NCBI GenBank assembly: GCA_026387175.1
Contig: JAPLME010000002.1
Span: 12,780-76,779 of the forward strand
DNA length: 64,000 nt
Source: Candidatus Omnitrophota bacterium
Lineage (GTDB): Bacteria; Omnitrophota; Gorgyraeia; 2-01-FULL-45-10
Reading direction: 5' to 3'
Shown here: piece after piece, positions 1 to 7,286 of the stretch
How positions within the stretch are numbered: position 1 is the stretch's first letter
Layout: the number at the start of each line of letters is the position of its first letter
Made by a program: the position numbers and the translations under genes
Notes under the pieces: model-generated
What the model saw: the letters and a program-made list of their open reading frames with translations, nothing else
Databases searched by the model: none
What the model was told of the DNA's origin: nothing

Positions 1-2
1 CA

Positions 3-263
3 TTTACTTTGGCGCTTCACAAGATTTCTGGCTTTGAAGGGCCTCTATTAATAGATACGCCAGTTGCTAGAGTTGATGATGACAATCGAAAAAACATGGG
101 CAATGTGTTACTCTCAATCAGTTCTCAAAAACAAGTCATACTTCTTTTTACACCAGTTGAATATACTGGAAGTATAAAGACTGTGCTAGAACTCAAAACG
201 AATAATAAGTATAAATTGGTGATGGATGGCTCAGAAAGAGAAACCAAAATGGAGGCCTTGTAA
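3..263 (+). CDS. C-terminal fragment (5' end outside window) of a DndD/SbcC-like ATPase; motif LLIDTPVARVDDDNRKN resembles the IDTPlgRLD Walker-B/D-loop region of DndD-family ATPases
   Basis: Reading frame is open to the window edge. The stop codon is immediately followed by the ATG of the next gene. The motif match is from memory. Confidence 0.4.
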   Translation, partial: FTLALHKISGFEGPLLIDTPVARVDDDNRKNMGNVLLSISSQKQVILLFTPVEYTGSIKTVLELKTNNKYKLVMDGSERETKMEAL

Positions 264-686
264 ATGCCGGAAGACATCATTATAGGAATCGATAATGCAG
301 ATGTTCCGTTATATGAAAAACTTAAGAAAGAAGTATTGCTTTTTGGTGACCAGGGCAATACGGAATTGCTCATGTTTGCTATTGGCTATGGCTATAAACA
401 TAATAAGCCGCTTCCGTTACGTGCAAAATATAGTGGCTTCACAAGAACCAAATATTTAAAGCCAGATGATTTAGCATTATTAAAAGCGCTCGCTTTGCAA
501 GTTGGAGGGATAGAAACGCTTAAAGATCAGTCTAGGATGGTTGAAATTGCAGAAAAATATGCACATGGTGGAATTCAATTGCTCATGCAAGAGATTGGAT
601 CATCTTCTTTAGATTCCTTTGAAATTGACTTTGAATTAAGTCTATCGCAGCATTACGATACTATTACGAATGTGCAAAATAGCTAA
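264..686 (+). CDS. hypothetical 140-aa protein, translationally coupled to the upstream ATPase fragment
   Basis: TAA-ATG junction at 261-266. AT-rich island codon usage. Confidence 0.5.
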   Translation: MPEDIIIGIDNADVPLYEKLKKEVLLFGDQGNTELLMFAIGYGYKHNKPLPLRAKYSGFTRTKYLKPDDLALLKALALQVGGIETLKDQSRMVEIAEKYAHGGIQLLMQEIGSSSLDSFEIDFELSLSQHYDTITNVQNS

Positions 687-697
687 AATAAAATGTT

Positions 698-1192
698 ATG
701 GATGCTGAACTAATTCCACAATTTAGTAATTTTGATGATGGCACAGTTAAGGTCGTAGAAATTCTTTATAACGAAAATGATAGAGGATTAACTTTTAACG
801 AATTAGGATGGTTTCTTCAAAGAAGATTAAAAAAAGATGGTGCCCATAAAAAATACGGTGAAAATCACGCGAAATTAGCAAACTTGCTTGGGTTTGTTAA
901 AATTAATAACTCAAGACCTAGAAATGTATTTTTATCAGCAGTAGGGAAAGAACTTCACCTCGCTCGTAATGAACAAAAGAAATTAATAATTAAAAATCAG
1001 CTACTTAACATGGCATTAATAAAAGATATTTTATCAAATTACAACGATGTATTTGACCTGAGTTTGTATTTAAAGCAAACGCTTTCAACTAAAACAGCCG
1101 TGCGCCGAATGCCTAATATTAAAAAGTTAATTCGAATACTTGCCATTGATTATAAGGTTCCAATCTTCAATGATATTTACAATGCAATGTAA
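698..1192 (+). CDS. hypothetical 164-aa protein, third gene of the putative three-gene operon
   Basis: ATG 11 nt after the previous stop. Long ORF. Confidence 0.5.
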   Translation: MDAELIPQFSNFDDGTVKVVEILYNENDRGLTFNELGWFLQRRLKKDGAHKKYGENHAKLANLLGFVKINNSRPRNVFLSAVGKELHLARNEQKKLIIKNQLLNMALIKDILSNYNDVFDLSLYLKQTLSTKTAVRRMPNIKKLIRILAIDYKVPIFNDIYNAM

Positions 1193-1197
1193 TAAGT

Positions 1198-1256
1198 GGA
1201 CGGTCTAGAAAGTGCCAGCCCATAAAATTATAGGGTGGAACCAAATGGACCGTCCC
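1198..1256 (+). repeat. Intergenic repeat family 2, copy D: AGAAAGTGCCAGCCCATAAAATTATAGGG core flanked by the inverted repeat GGACGGTC / GACCGTCC
   Basis: Near-identical module recurs at 2273-2322. Confidence 0.6.
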
Positions 1257-1278
1257 TGATAAAACAAAAAGAATTTAT

Positions 1279-2160
1279 ATGATTAAAATCAAATATAAAC
1301 TAGCTAAAAAAAGAATCCCACCAATGTTATGGGACGAATATGTCCACATAGCAAAAAGTGAATATGAAACGCTCCTTAACAAACAAGAATCGGGCGAAGC
1401 AGTTTTTCATAAATTCTTTGAACGGCATCCCTCCTTTATTCCTGGAGGATGTGACCTTGATGATGGCTCGGGGCATGCGCCGTATGCGCTGTCTTTAATT
1501 TCAAAACCAGGGCTATCTGGATCCTTTGAGAGAATACCTGATTTTTTATGGCTGGCTTCTTATTCGGGAGTTTTTCATCCTATATTCATCGAAATAGAAT
1601 CGCCAGGTAAGAGGGTTTTTAATGTGGACGGTAGCGCAACGAAAAAATTTAATCAGGCCGTGGATCAGCTACGCTATTGGAAAATATGGATAGAAGAGCC
1701 TTCTAATATTAGCATTTTAATGAAAAAGTTCGGATTAGATAAAACATATTTAGCAGACAACAAGTTTGTGCCGAAATTTCTCCTGATCTATGGCAGGCGT
1801 GCCGAGTTTACGTCTAATAAAATGCGAAAGAAGCTAAGGGAAGAGTTTCTGTGTGGCATAGGGACGATTAGAAGTTATGACGGGCTCATACCTTCACATA
1901 AGTGTAAAGATTGTTTTAGCGTTAAAATTACTGAGAATGGGTATGAGGCTATAGAGGTAATGCCTACTATCGAAATCTGTCCGGCGTCCGCGGATAGTTA
2001 TAGCCTTATTACTGGTAAGGATCAGGCTATAAAGAAAAATAAATATATATCAAAGGCAAGAAAGGAATTCCTGATAGATCGTTTCAAATATTGGGATAAT
2101 TGGGTTATATCGACACCTTCCAGTGCGCGGGGCGTTTTTAATGGAAGAGATGTTGAGTGA
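1279..2160 (+). CDS. DUF4263/Shedu-like PD-(D/E)xK nuclease-fold protein (candidate)
   Basis: 293-aa ORF. IPDF...IEIESPGK matches the PD...ExK pattern. N-terminal FHKFFERHP region. The family call is from memory, not a search. Confidence 0.4.
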   Translation: MIKIKYKLAKKRIPPMLWDEYVHIAKSEYETLLNKQESGEAVFHKFFERHPSFIPGGCDLDDGSGHAPYALSLISKPGLSGSFERIPDFLWLASYSGVFHPIFIEIESPGKRVFNVDGSATKKFNQAVDQLRYWKIWIEEPSNISILMKKFGLDKTYLADNKFVPKFLLIYGRRAEFTSNKMRKKLREEFLCGIGTIRSYDGLIPSHKCKDCFSVKITENGYEAIEVMPTIEICPASADSYSLITGKDQAIKKNKYISKARKEFLIDRFKYWDNWVISTPSSARGVFNGRDVE

Positions 2161-2220
2161 GTTGGGAATAAAGAGTTTTTTTGTCGGAATTGTTTACGCT
2201 TAAGTTGGGAAATAGGAATT

Positions 2221-2322
2221 GTGCCACTCTCAAATCGCAGGTTGGCACTAAGTGTAAAATTGGGGAAGGCCCAGAAAGTGCCAGACCATAAAATTATAGG
2301 GGGCATCGAATGGATCGTCCCT
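2221..2322 (+). repeat. Intergenic repeat family 2, copy A: hairpin GTGCCACTCTCAAATCGCAGGTTGGCAC followed by AGAAAGTGCCAGACCATAAAATTATAGGG module
   Basis: Hairpin half is homologous to 3536-3563. Module half is homologous to 1207-1256. Confidence 0.6.
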
Positions 2323-2387
2323 AAGAGTACCTATACAGCATGCCGTCTCTAAAACGAAACAAACGGCATCGGCCCGTCAATTTATAG

Positions 2388-2906
2388 GTGAGCGCCATGA
2401 TTACAATAGACTCAAATATTATAACAGCTTGGGCCACTCTAATAGGTGTTTTGGTGGCTATTTGGGCTGTGATATATCAAAACAAAAGATCTACATTTGC
2501 ATTAGGCGTAGATTTAATTATGAAGCTAGACGATCGTTTTAATAGTGAGAAAATGCGTAAAGCCAGATGTGCAGCAGCTACATCATTACTTAATGGAAAT
2601 ATTTCTGATGCTACTGAAGTGTTAGATTTTTTTGAAACAATAGGATATTTTATTCGTAGAGGAGCGCTCGATAAGAAGACAGTATGGCAAATATTTTTTT
2701 ATTGGGCAAACAATTATTGGCATTCCGCAAAAGAATATATAGAGCAAGAAAGAAGAGGCGATCCCACAGTTTGGGCGAATATTCCCTATCTTCATTCTGT
2801 GCTTATGTTGATTGAAAAGCGTGAACGACGATGCGGGGATTCAGCTATATTGCTTACAAAAGAAAAGATTAATAACTTCCTTAATGAAGAAACTAGGCTA
2901 TCCTAA
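2388..2906 (+). CDS. hypothetical protein with N-terminal transmembrane anchor (172 aa)
   Basis: Hydrophobic segment ITAWATLIGVLVAIWAVIY. Long ORF. Confidence 0.5.
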   Translation: MSAMITIDSNIITAWATLIGVLVAIWAVIYQNKRSTFALGVDLIMKLDDRFNSEKMRKARCAAATSLLNGNISDATEVLDFFETIGYFIRRGALDKKTVWQIFFYWANNYWHSAKEYIEQERRGDPTVWANIPYLHSVLMLIEKRERRCGDSAILLTKEKINNFLNEETRLS

Positions 2907-2923
2907 AATAGCTGAAAATCATT

Positions 2924-3502
2924 ATGAACAATTTAAAAAAATATAGCAAAATTAGATCAAGAATGCAAAATGGAGACGTGATTGCTTTTCAGGGTACGGA
3001 TTTTCCTGCCATGGCTGTACAAAACACCACTGGAAGTCAATTTTCTCATGTTGGGTTAGTTATTAGAATTACAGATGTAGATATTGATAGAATTTTTATA
3101 ATAGAGTCAGTTCCATCGGCCGGAGTTGTGCTTCTCCCATTAAGCCGAAAGCTATATACATTTCCTGGTAGAGCATGGTGGGCTCCTTTACGGTTTTCTA
3201 AAATATCAAATAATATGTTACCGCAACTTAACGAACAAAAAGTACGTTCTATTATTTATAAATGGGCAATGTGCGAACTCGGTAAAGCATACGATTTTAC
3301 AATGATAGGATCTATTATAAAAAGCATTCTATTAAAGTGCAAAGCTTCAGAAGAAGATTGTCGGGAATATATTTGTTCGGAACTTGTTGCCCAAGCTTTT
3401 AAACAGGGCCAAATCTGGCCCAAAGGCATGAACATATCTAACATTACGCCTGTGGATATCATCAATTTGCCAATAATAGATGCGCTGGTCGAGCTTTACT
3501 AA
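2924..3502 (+). CDS. permuted papain-fold hydrolase candidate (YiiX/DUF830-like, NlpC/P60 superfamily)
   Basis: His in SHVGLVI precedes Cys in ICSELVAQAF, which is the permuted order. Only 18 nt after the previous gene. Confidence 0.4.
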   Translation: MNNLKKYSKIRSRMQNGDVIAFQGTDFPAMAVQNTTGSQFSHVGLVIRITDVDIDRIFIIESVPSAGVVLLPLSRKLYTFPGRAWWAPLRFSKISNNMLPQLNEQKVRSIIYKWAMCELGKAYDFTMIGSIIKSILLKCKASEEDCREYICSELVAQAFKQGQIWPKGMNISNITPVDIINLPIIDALVELY

Positions 3503-3519
3503 ACTAAATAAGAAAGAAT

Positions 3520-3563
3520 GGTGGCATATTCGAAGGTGCCACCCTCAAAGCGCAGACTGGCAC
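3520..3563 (+). repeat. Intergenic repeat family 2, copy B: nested hairpins GGTGGCA..TGCCACC and GTGCCACCCTCAAAGCGCAGACTGGCAC
   Basis: 25 of 28 nt identical to the hairpin at 2221-2248. Confidence 0.6.
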
Positions 3564-3607
3564 TAAGTAGCATGACACCAAAAGAACATAAAAAGAAGGA
3601 GGAGTAA

Positions 3608-3712
3608 ATGGGCGATAAAGGCAAGAAGGATAAGGATAAACACAACAAGCAAGCAGAGCAAGCAAAGAACGAAGCAAACAAGAAGAAACAGCCAACAATC
3701 AAGCATACTTGA
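3608..3712 (+). CDS. small lysine-rich peptide (34 aa, MGDKGKKDKDKHNKQAEQAKNEANKKKQPTIKHT)
   Basis: Strong SD AAGGAGGAG 5 nt upstream of the ATG. Below the 60-aa cutoff of the ORF track. Could be a low-complexity artefact. Confidence 0.3.
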   Translation: MGDKGKKDKDKHNKQAEQAKNEANKKKQPTIKHT

Positions 3713-3779
3713 GATTCGGCAAGCACTAAAGCTGAGGATCTGTTGAAGTAAGAGTCAAATAACAGACGTCCTATAAAGT

Positions 3780-3840
3780 GACACCCTGATAATAGGGTGC
3801 TACAAAGTAGGATGTCTACAAGATGCGTAGGCTGGCACTA
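3780..3840 (+). repeat. Intergenic repeat family 2, copy C: hairpin GACACCCTGATAATAGGGTGC plus a TGGCAC-containing segment
   Basis: Shares the GCTGGCACTA motif with copies A and B. Confidence 0.4.
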
Positions 3841-3872
3841 TTTAGGATGGTACCAAAAGAATTTAACATACA

Positions 3873-4625
3873 ATGCTTGAATTCTTAGCACCATTAATAT
3901 TTATCTGTATTATCTTCTTCCTATTCAGGATTCTTTTCCTCAGTTGGGTATCCGGCGAGGAGGGGGTAGCTAGGAAGCTTGAGTCCTTGCGAAGAATAAA
4001 CAAAGAATACCACCCATTCAATAATATCATATTGAAAACTCCAGATGGAACTACGCAGATCGATCATATATTAATATCTCCTTACGGAATATTTGTAATT
4101 GAAACTAAAGATTTTAAAGGATGGATTTTTGGTGATGCACATCAAAAGAAATGGACTCAATCTCTTTTTGGCTCCAGACGCTCTTCTATTAAGTACCAAT
4201 TTCAGAATCCGATCCGCCAAAATTATAAGCATGTAAAGGCCGCTCAAGACTTCCTAGATATTGATTCGAAATCCATATTTAATGTGGTCGTATTTACTGG
4301 AACGAGCGAATTTAAGACAGATATGCCAGAAAATGTTTTAAAATTGCATGATCTTCTCCCATGTATTAAACTCCAAACAAAAATATTATTTACTAGTGAA
4401 AAAGTAGAAGCGCTTTCGCAAAAACTTAGGGATTACGTTGAACACGCTTCCTATAATGAGGAAGATCATTTTAAAAACATTGTAAATAATATGATGCATC
4501 CAATCTGTCCCAGATGTGGCAAGCCGATGGTTCTTCGAAAGGCGAGAAAGGGGGCTGGGGCAGGTTCCGAATTTTGGGGATGCCCCAATTTTCCCGAATG
4601 CAGGATAACAAAGAACGTGGCCTAA
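3873..4625 (+). CDS. NERD (nuclease-related domain) protein with C-terminal topoisomerase-type C4 zinc ribbon
   Basis: DHILISPYGIFVIETKDFKG NERD core. CPRCG...GCPNFPEC zinc ribbon. Confidence 0.75.
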   Translation: MLEFLAPLIFICIIFFLFRILFLSWVSGEEGVARKLESLRRINKEYHPFNNIILKTPDGTTQIDHILISPYGIFVIETKDFKGWIFGDAHQKKWTQSLFGSRRSSIKYQFQNPIRQNYKHVKAAQDFLDIDSKSIFNVVVFTGTSEFKTDMPENVLKLHDLLPCIKLQTKILFTSEKVEALSQKLRDYVEHASYNEEDHFKNIVNNMMHPICPRCGKPMVLRKARKGAGAGSEFWGCPNFPECRITKNVA

Positions 4626-4675
4626 CGAAAACCAAGGAATAATTAGGCCAGCGCCCATTAAATAAAGGAGACCAC

Positions 4676-4747
4676 ATGCCCGAAGGAGGATTCTTAGTAA
4701 AGATTAACGGCAAGGAGCTGTGCCGTTGTTATGCGATAGCGTTCTGA
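4676..4747 (+). CDS. possible 23-aa peptide MPEGGFLVKINGKELCRCYAIAF
   Basis: AAGGAG SD 7 nt upstream of the ATG. Very short, so speculative. Confidence 0.15.
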   Translation: MPEGGFLVKINGKELCRCYAIAF

Positions 4748-4804
4748 AGATACCGAAAGCATAGCCATCGAAATTGAATAAACTATTAGGGCGGCCGTAA
4801 AAAT

Positions 4805-4856
4805 GGGACAGTCCCGACCTCGCTGAGATTACGGTCCCGGGACAGTCCCTATTTTT
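4805..4856 (+). terminator. Rho-independent terminator formed by two copies of the palindrome GGGACAGTCCC followed by TATTTTT
   Basis: Same GGGACWGTCCC pair occurs at 25969-26022. Confidence 0.5.
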
Positions 4857-4857
4857 C

Positions 4858-4954
4858 CACCGTAACCCGTGCTATGGCGCGGGTTTTTTATTGGAATTAT
4901 TTTAAAATAGTTTGCAACTATTTTGGCACTTTTAGCGTCTTTATATGTAGGGGG
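4858..4954 (+). repeat. Island repeat family 1, copy 1: CCCGTGCTAWGGCGCGGG hairpin + T-tract + TATTTTAAAATA palindrome + TTTGCAACNATTTTGGCACTTTTAGCGTCTTTATATGTAGGGGG
   Basis: About 90% identical to 5951-6048 and 12888-12983. Confidence 0.85.
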
Positions 4955-5011
4955 ATAGATTTTAGCTCACCAACAAGAGTTGTTAGGAACAAAAAAGTTT
5001 AAGTTAATGTA

Positions 5012-5040
5012 TTGACAATGTAACTACAAAATGATATTCT
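5012..5040 (+). promoter_or_regulatory. sigma70-like promoter TTGACA-N17-TATTCT upstream of the BrnA-like gene
   Basis: Consensus -35 box and 17-nt spacer. Confidence 0.45.
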
Positions 5041-5076
5041 ATCCAAAAGATATTATAAAGAAAGGCGGCGATAAAA

Positions 5077-5424
5077 ATGAGGAAGAAAATGCCGGAATTT
5101 AAATCAGAAGAAGAGGAGGCGCTTTTTTGGAGCAAACACAGCCCCCTCGATTACCCTGATGAAGCTAAAGCGGCAGAAAAACCTTTCGAATTTGCTATGT
5201 ATCTTCTTAAGCGCGCCGCAAAAGAACACAAAGAGAAAAAGCGTTTGCTGACATTTAGAATGGAGCAAAGCCAAATATTGCTGGCAAAGATTATTGCTAA
5301 AAAATATGGCGATAATTATCAAAGTTTGTTACGGAAATGGATCAGGGAACGAATTTATGAAGAGATAAAAGGAAATCCAAATATCGCAAAGGATGTTAGG
5401 AAGCAGAATTTGCGATTGGTATAA
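5077..5424 (+). CDS. BrnA-like antitoxin (RHH-type, type II TA antitoxin family); orphan, with no BrnT-like toxin upstream
   Basis: N-terminal MPEFKSEEEEALFWSKHSPLDY is the BrnA signature. 115 aa. Confidence 0.6.
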   Translation: MRKKMPEFKSEEEEALFWSKHSPLDYPDEAKAAEKPFEFAMYLLKRAAKEHKEKKRLLTFRMEQSQILLAKIIAKKYGDNYQSLLRKWIRERIYEEIKGNPNIAKDVRKQNLRLV

Positions 5425-5498
5425 GACAGAGAAATAGGTAATAACGGGGCCATCCTGCGCGGGGACACCCTAGATTGCAGGCTACCTCCAGATAACAT

Positions 5499-5918
5499 AT
5501 GAAAATACTAACCGAAAAGATCAGAGTAGATACTAAAGAAGCGAAGGATCTCGTAAATATAACGGGTGAGGTCGCGGATATCCTGAAGGGCTCGGGCCTT
5601 AAAAAGGGGAATGTCACAGTGTTTGTAGTCGGTTCGACCGCGGCCATAACGACATTCGAATACGAGAACGGCATGATAAAGGATATGCAGGATCTCTGCG
5701 AGAAGCTGGTGCCGTCAAATAAGCATTATAATCACGATGAGACCTGGGGAGACGCGAACGGATTCAGCCACCTTAGGGCCGCTCTCTTTGGCCCATCGCT
5801 CACGATACCGTTCGAAGGCGGCAAGCTGTCTCTCGGCACATGGCAGCAGGTGGTCCTGGCGGAATTCGATAACCGTCCGCGTAATCGCGAGATAATTGTT
5901 CAGATGATAGGGGAGTAA
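5499..5918 (+). CDS. yjbQ: YjbQ/UPF0047 family protein (secondary thiamine-phosphate synthase-like)
   Basis: Full-length similarity to YjbQ. Motifs NHDETWGD, HLRAALFGPSLTIPFEGGKLSLGTWQ. Confidence 0.85.
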   Translation: MKILTEKIRVDTKEAKDLVNITGEVADILKGSGLKKGNVTVFVVGSTAAITTFEYENGMIKDMQDLCEKLVPSNKHYNHDETWGDANGFSHLRAALFGPSLTIPFEGGKLSLGTWQQVVLAEFDNRPRNREIIVQMIGE

Positions 5919-5950
5919 CTTGTAAGAACCCGGAATTATAAACCGTGTAA

Positions 5951-6048
5951 GACCGCAACCCGTGCTAAGGCGCGGGTTTTTTATTTTGAACTATTTTAAA
6001 ATAGTTTGCAACAATTTTGGCACTTTTAGCGTCTTTATATGTAGGGGG
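5951..6048 (+). repeat. Island repeat family 1, copy 2
   Basis: See 4858-4954. Confidence 0.85.
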
Positions 6049-6134
6049 TATTATGGTGAATTCGCCATAATTAGAAGCCAGATTAGCCTGAATAAAACAG
6101 AAAGGTAGCAATATGAAGAATTTGAAAGGACCTA

Positions 6135-7157
6135 ATGCTTAATAATTACCACATTTTTTTATCGAGTTTAAAGGAAAAGATACGAAAAGAGCGCTTGCGG
6201 GTTGTTCTCGCAAGCAATGCGGCGTTAGTGATGTTGTATTGGGATATAGGCCGGAGTATATTGAAAAAACAAAATGAAGAAGGATGGGGCTCAAGGGTTA
6301 TTGACCGGCTTTCATCGGATTTAAGCAGAGAATTCCCGGATATGAAAGGATTTTCACCAAGAAATCTAAAATATATGCGCTCGTTCGGTATCGCATGGCC
6401 GGATAAGCTAATTGTGCAACGGGTCATTGCACAATTACCATGGCGCAGTAACATAGCTTTAATAGATAAGCTTAAAAAGCCCGAAGAACGTTTATGGTAT
6501 GCGATGAAAACCATAAAGCATGGCTGGTCGCAACCGATTCTTTGTTTACAGATAGAGGCACAAGCTCATAAGCGTGAGGGTAAGGCAACCAATAATTTTT
6601 CACTGGCACTTACATCGGTTGACTCGGATATGGCCAAAGAGGTATTCAAGGATCCATATTTATTCGATTTTTTAGGAACCGCCGATATACGCAGAGAAAA
6701 AGAAGTTGAACAGGCATTGGTGGATCATATACAACGATTCTTGCTGGAATTGGGGCAGGGATTCGCTTTTGTTGGCAGACAGGTTCATCTTGAGCTTGGT
6801 GGAAATGATTATTATATTGATTTGCTTTTTTATCACCTTAAATTGAGGTGCTACATAATTATTGAACTTAAGGCAGGAGATTTTGTCCCGGAATATGTGG
6901 GAAAGATGAACATGTATCTAAGCGTTGTGGATGATATTCTACGGCATCCTGATGATAACCCAAGCATTGGACTGTTGCTTGTAAAACGAAAAAACAAAAT
7001 GATCGCTGAATATGCTTTGAGTGGTTACACAAAACCTATAGGTGTAGCGCAGTGGGAAACAAAAATAACCAAAAGCTTACCTAAAGAACTTAAGTCGAAC
7101 CTTCCAGCTATTGAAGAGATCGAGAAAGAGTTAAGTAAGGGCAAATTTATGCCATAA
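6135..7157 (+). CDS. YhcG/DUF1016 family PD-(D/E)xK nuclease-like protein
   Basis: YIDLLFYHLKLRCYIIIELKAGDF is the characteristic DUF1016 core. Confidence 0.8.
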   Translation: MLNNYHIFLSSLKEKIRKERLRVVLASNAALVMLYWDIGRSILKKQNEEGWGSRVIDRLSSDLSREFPDMKGFSPRNLKYMRSFGIAWPDKLIVQRVIAQLPWRSNIALIDKLKKPEERLWYAMKTIKHGWSQPILCLQIEAQAHKREGKATNNFSLALTSVDSDMAKEVFKDPYLFDFLGTADIRREKEVEQALVDHIQRFLLELGQGFAFVGRQVHLELGGNDYYIDLLFYHLKLRCYIIIELKAGDFVPEYVGKMNMYLSVVDDILRHPDDNPSIGLLLVKRKNKMIAEYALSGYTKPIGVAQWETKITKSLPKELKSNLPAIEEIEKELSKGKFMP

Positions 7158-7163
7158 TTACCC

Positions 7164-7198
7164 CATGGCGCGGGTTTTTTATTGGAATTATTTTACAT
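7164..7198 (+). repeat. Island repeat family 1, truncated copy 3 (hairpin remnant GGCGCGGG + TTTTTTATTGGAATTATTTTA only)
   Basis: Matches the left third of the full repeat. Confidence 0.6.
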
Positions 7199-7250
7199 AT
7201 GGTGAACAGAATAAGGCAGGTTAAAGCGAAAAAAGCTAGATATCTTTCTA

Positions 7251-7278
7251 TTGACTTAACGGAATTCTGTGCTATAAT
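7251..7278 (+). promoter_or_regulatory. Consensus sigma70 promoter TTGACT-N16-TGnTATAAT; -10 ends 9 nt before ATG 7287
   Basis: Near-perfect -35/-10 boxes. No SD between the promoter and the start codon, which implies a leaderless transcript. Confidence 0.6.
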
Positions 7279-7286
7279 CATCTACA

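Noticed and set aside
3499-3726. Two minus-strand ORFs (75 and 64 aa), Cys/Leu-rich
   Set aside because: Reverse complement of the AAG/CAA-rich low-complexity segment. A + strand small ORF with an RBS is a better explanation.
4620-4655. attC-like core (GCCTAAC ... TTAGGCC) at the NERD gene stop
   Set aside because: The inverted repeat is only about 30 nt in total, far shorter than real attC sites, and the R' is not GTTRRRY. Treated as a simple hairpin.
4926-4945. Sigma54-type promoter (TGGCAC ... GC) inside island repeat family 1, and at the TGGCAC motifs of repeat family 2
   Set aside because: The GC dinucleotide sits 1-2 nt too close to the GG relative to the strict TGGCAC-N5-TTGC spacing. 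Probably not a functional -24/-12 promoter.
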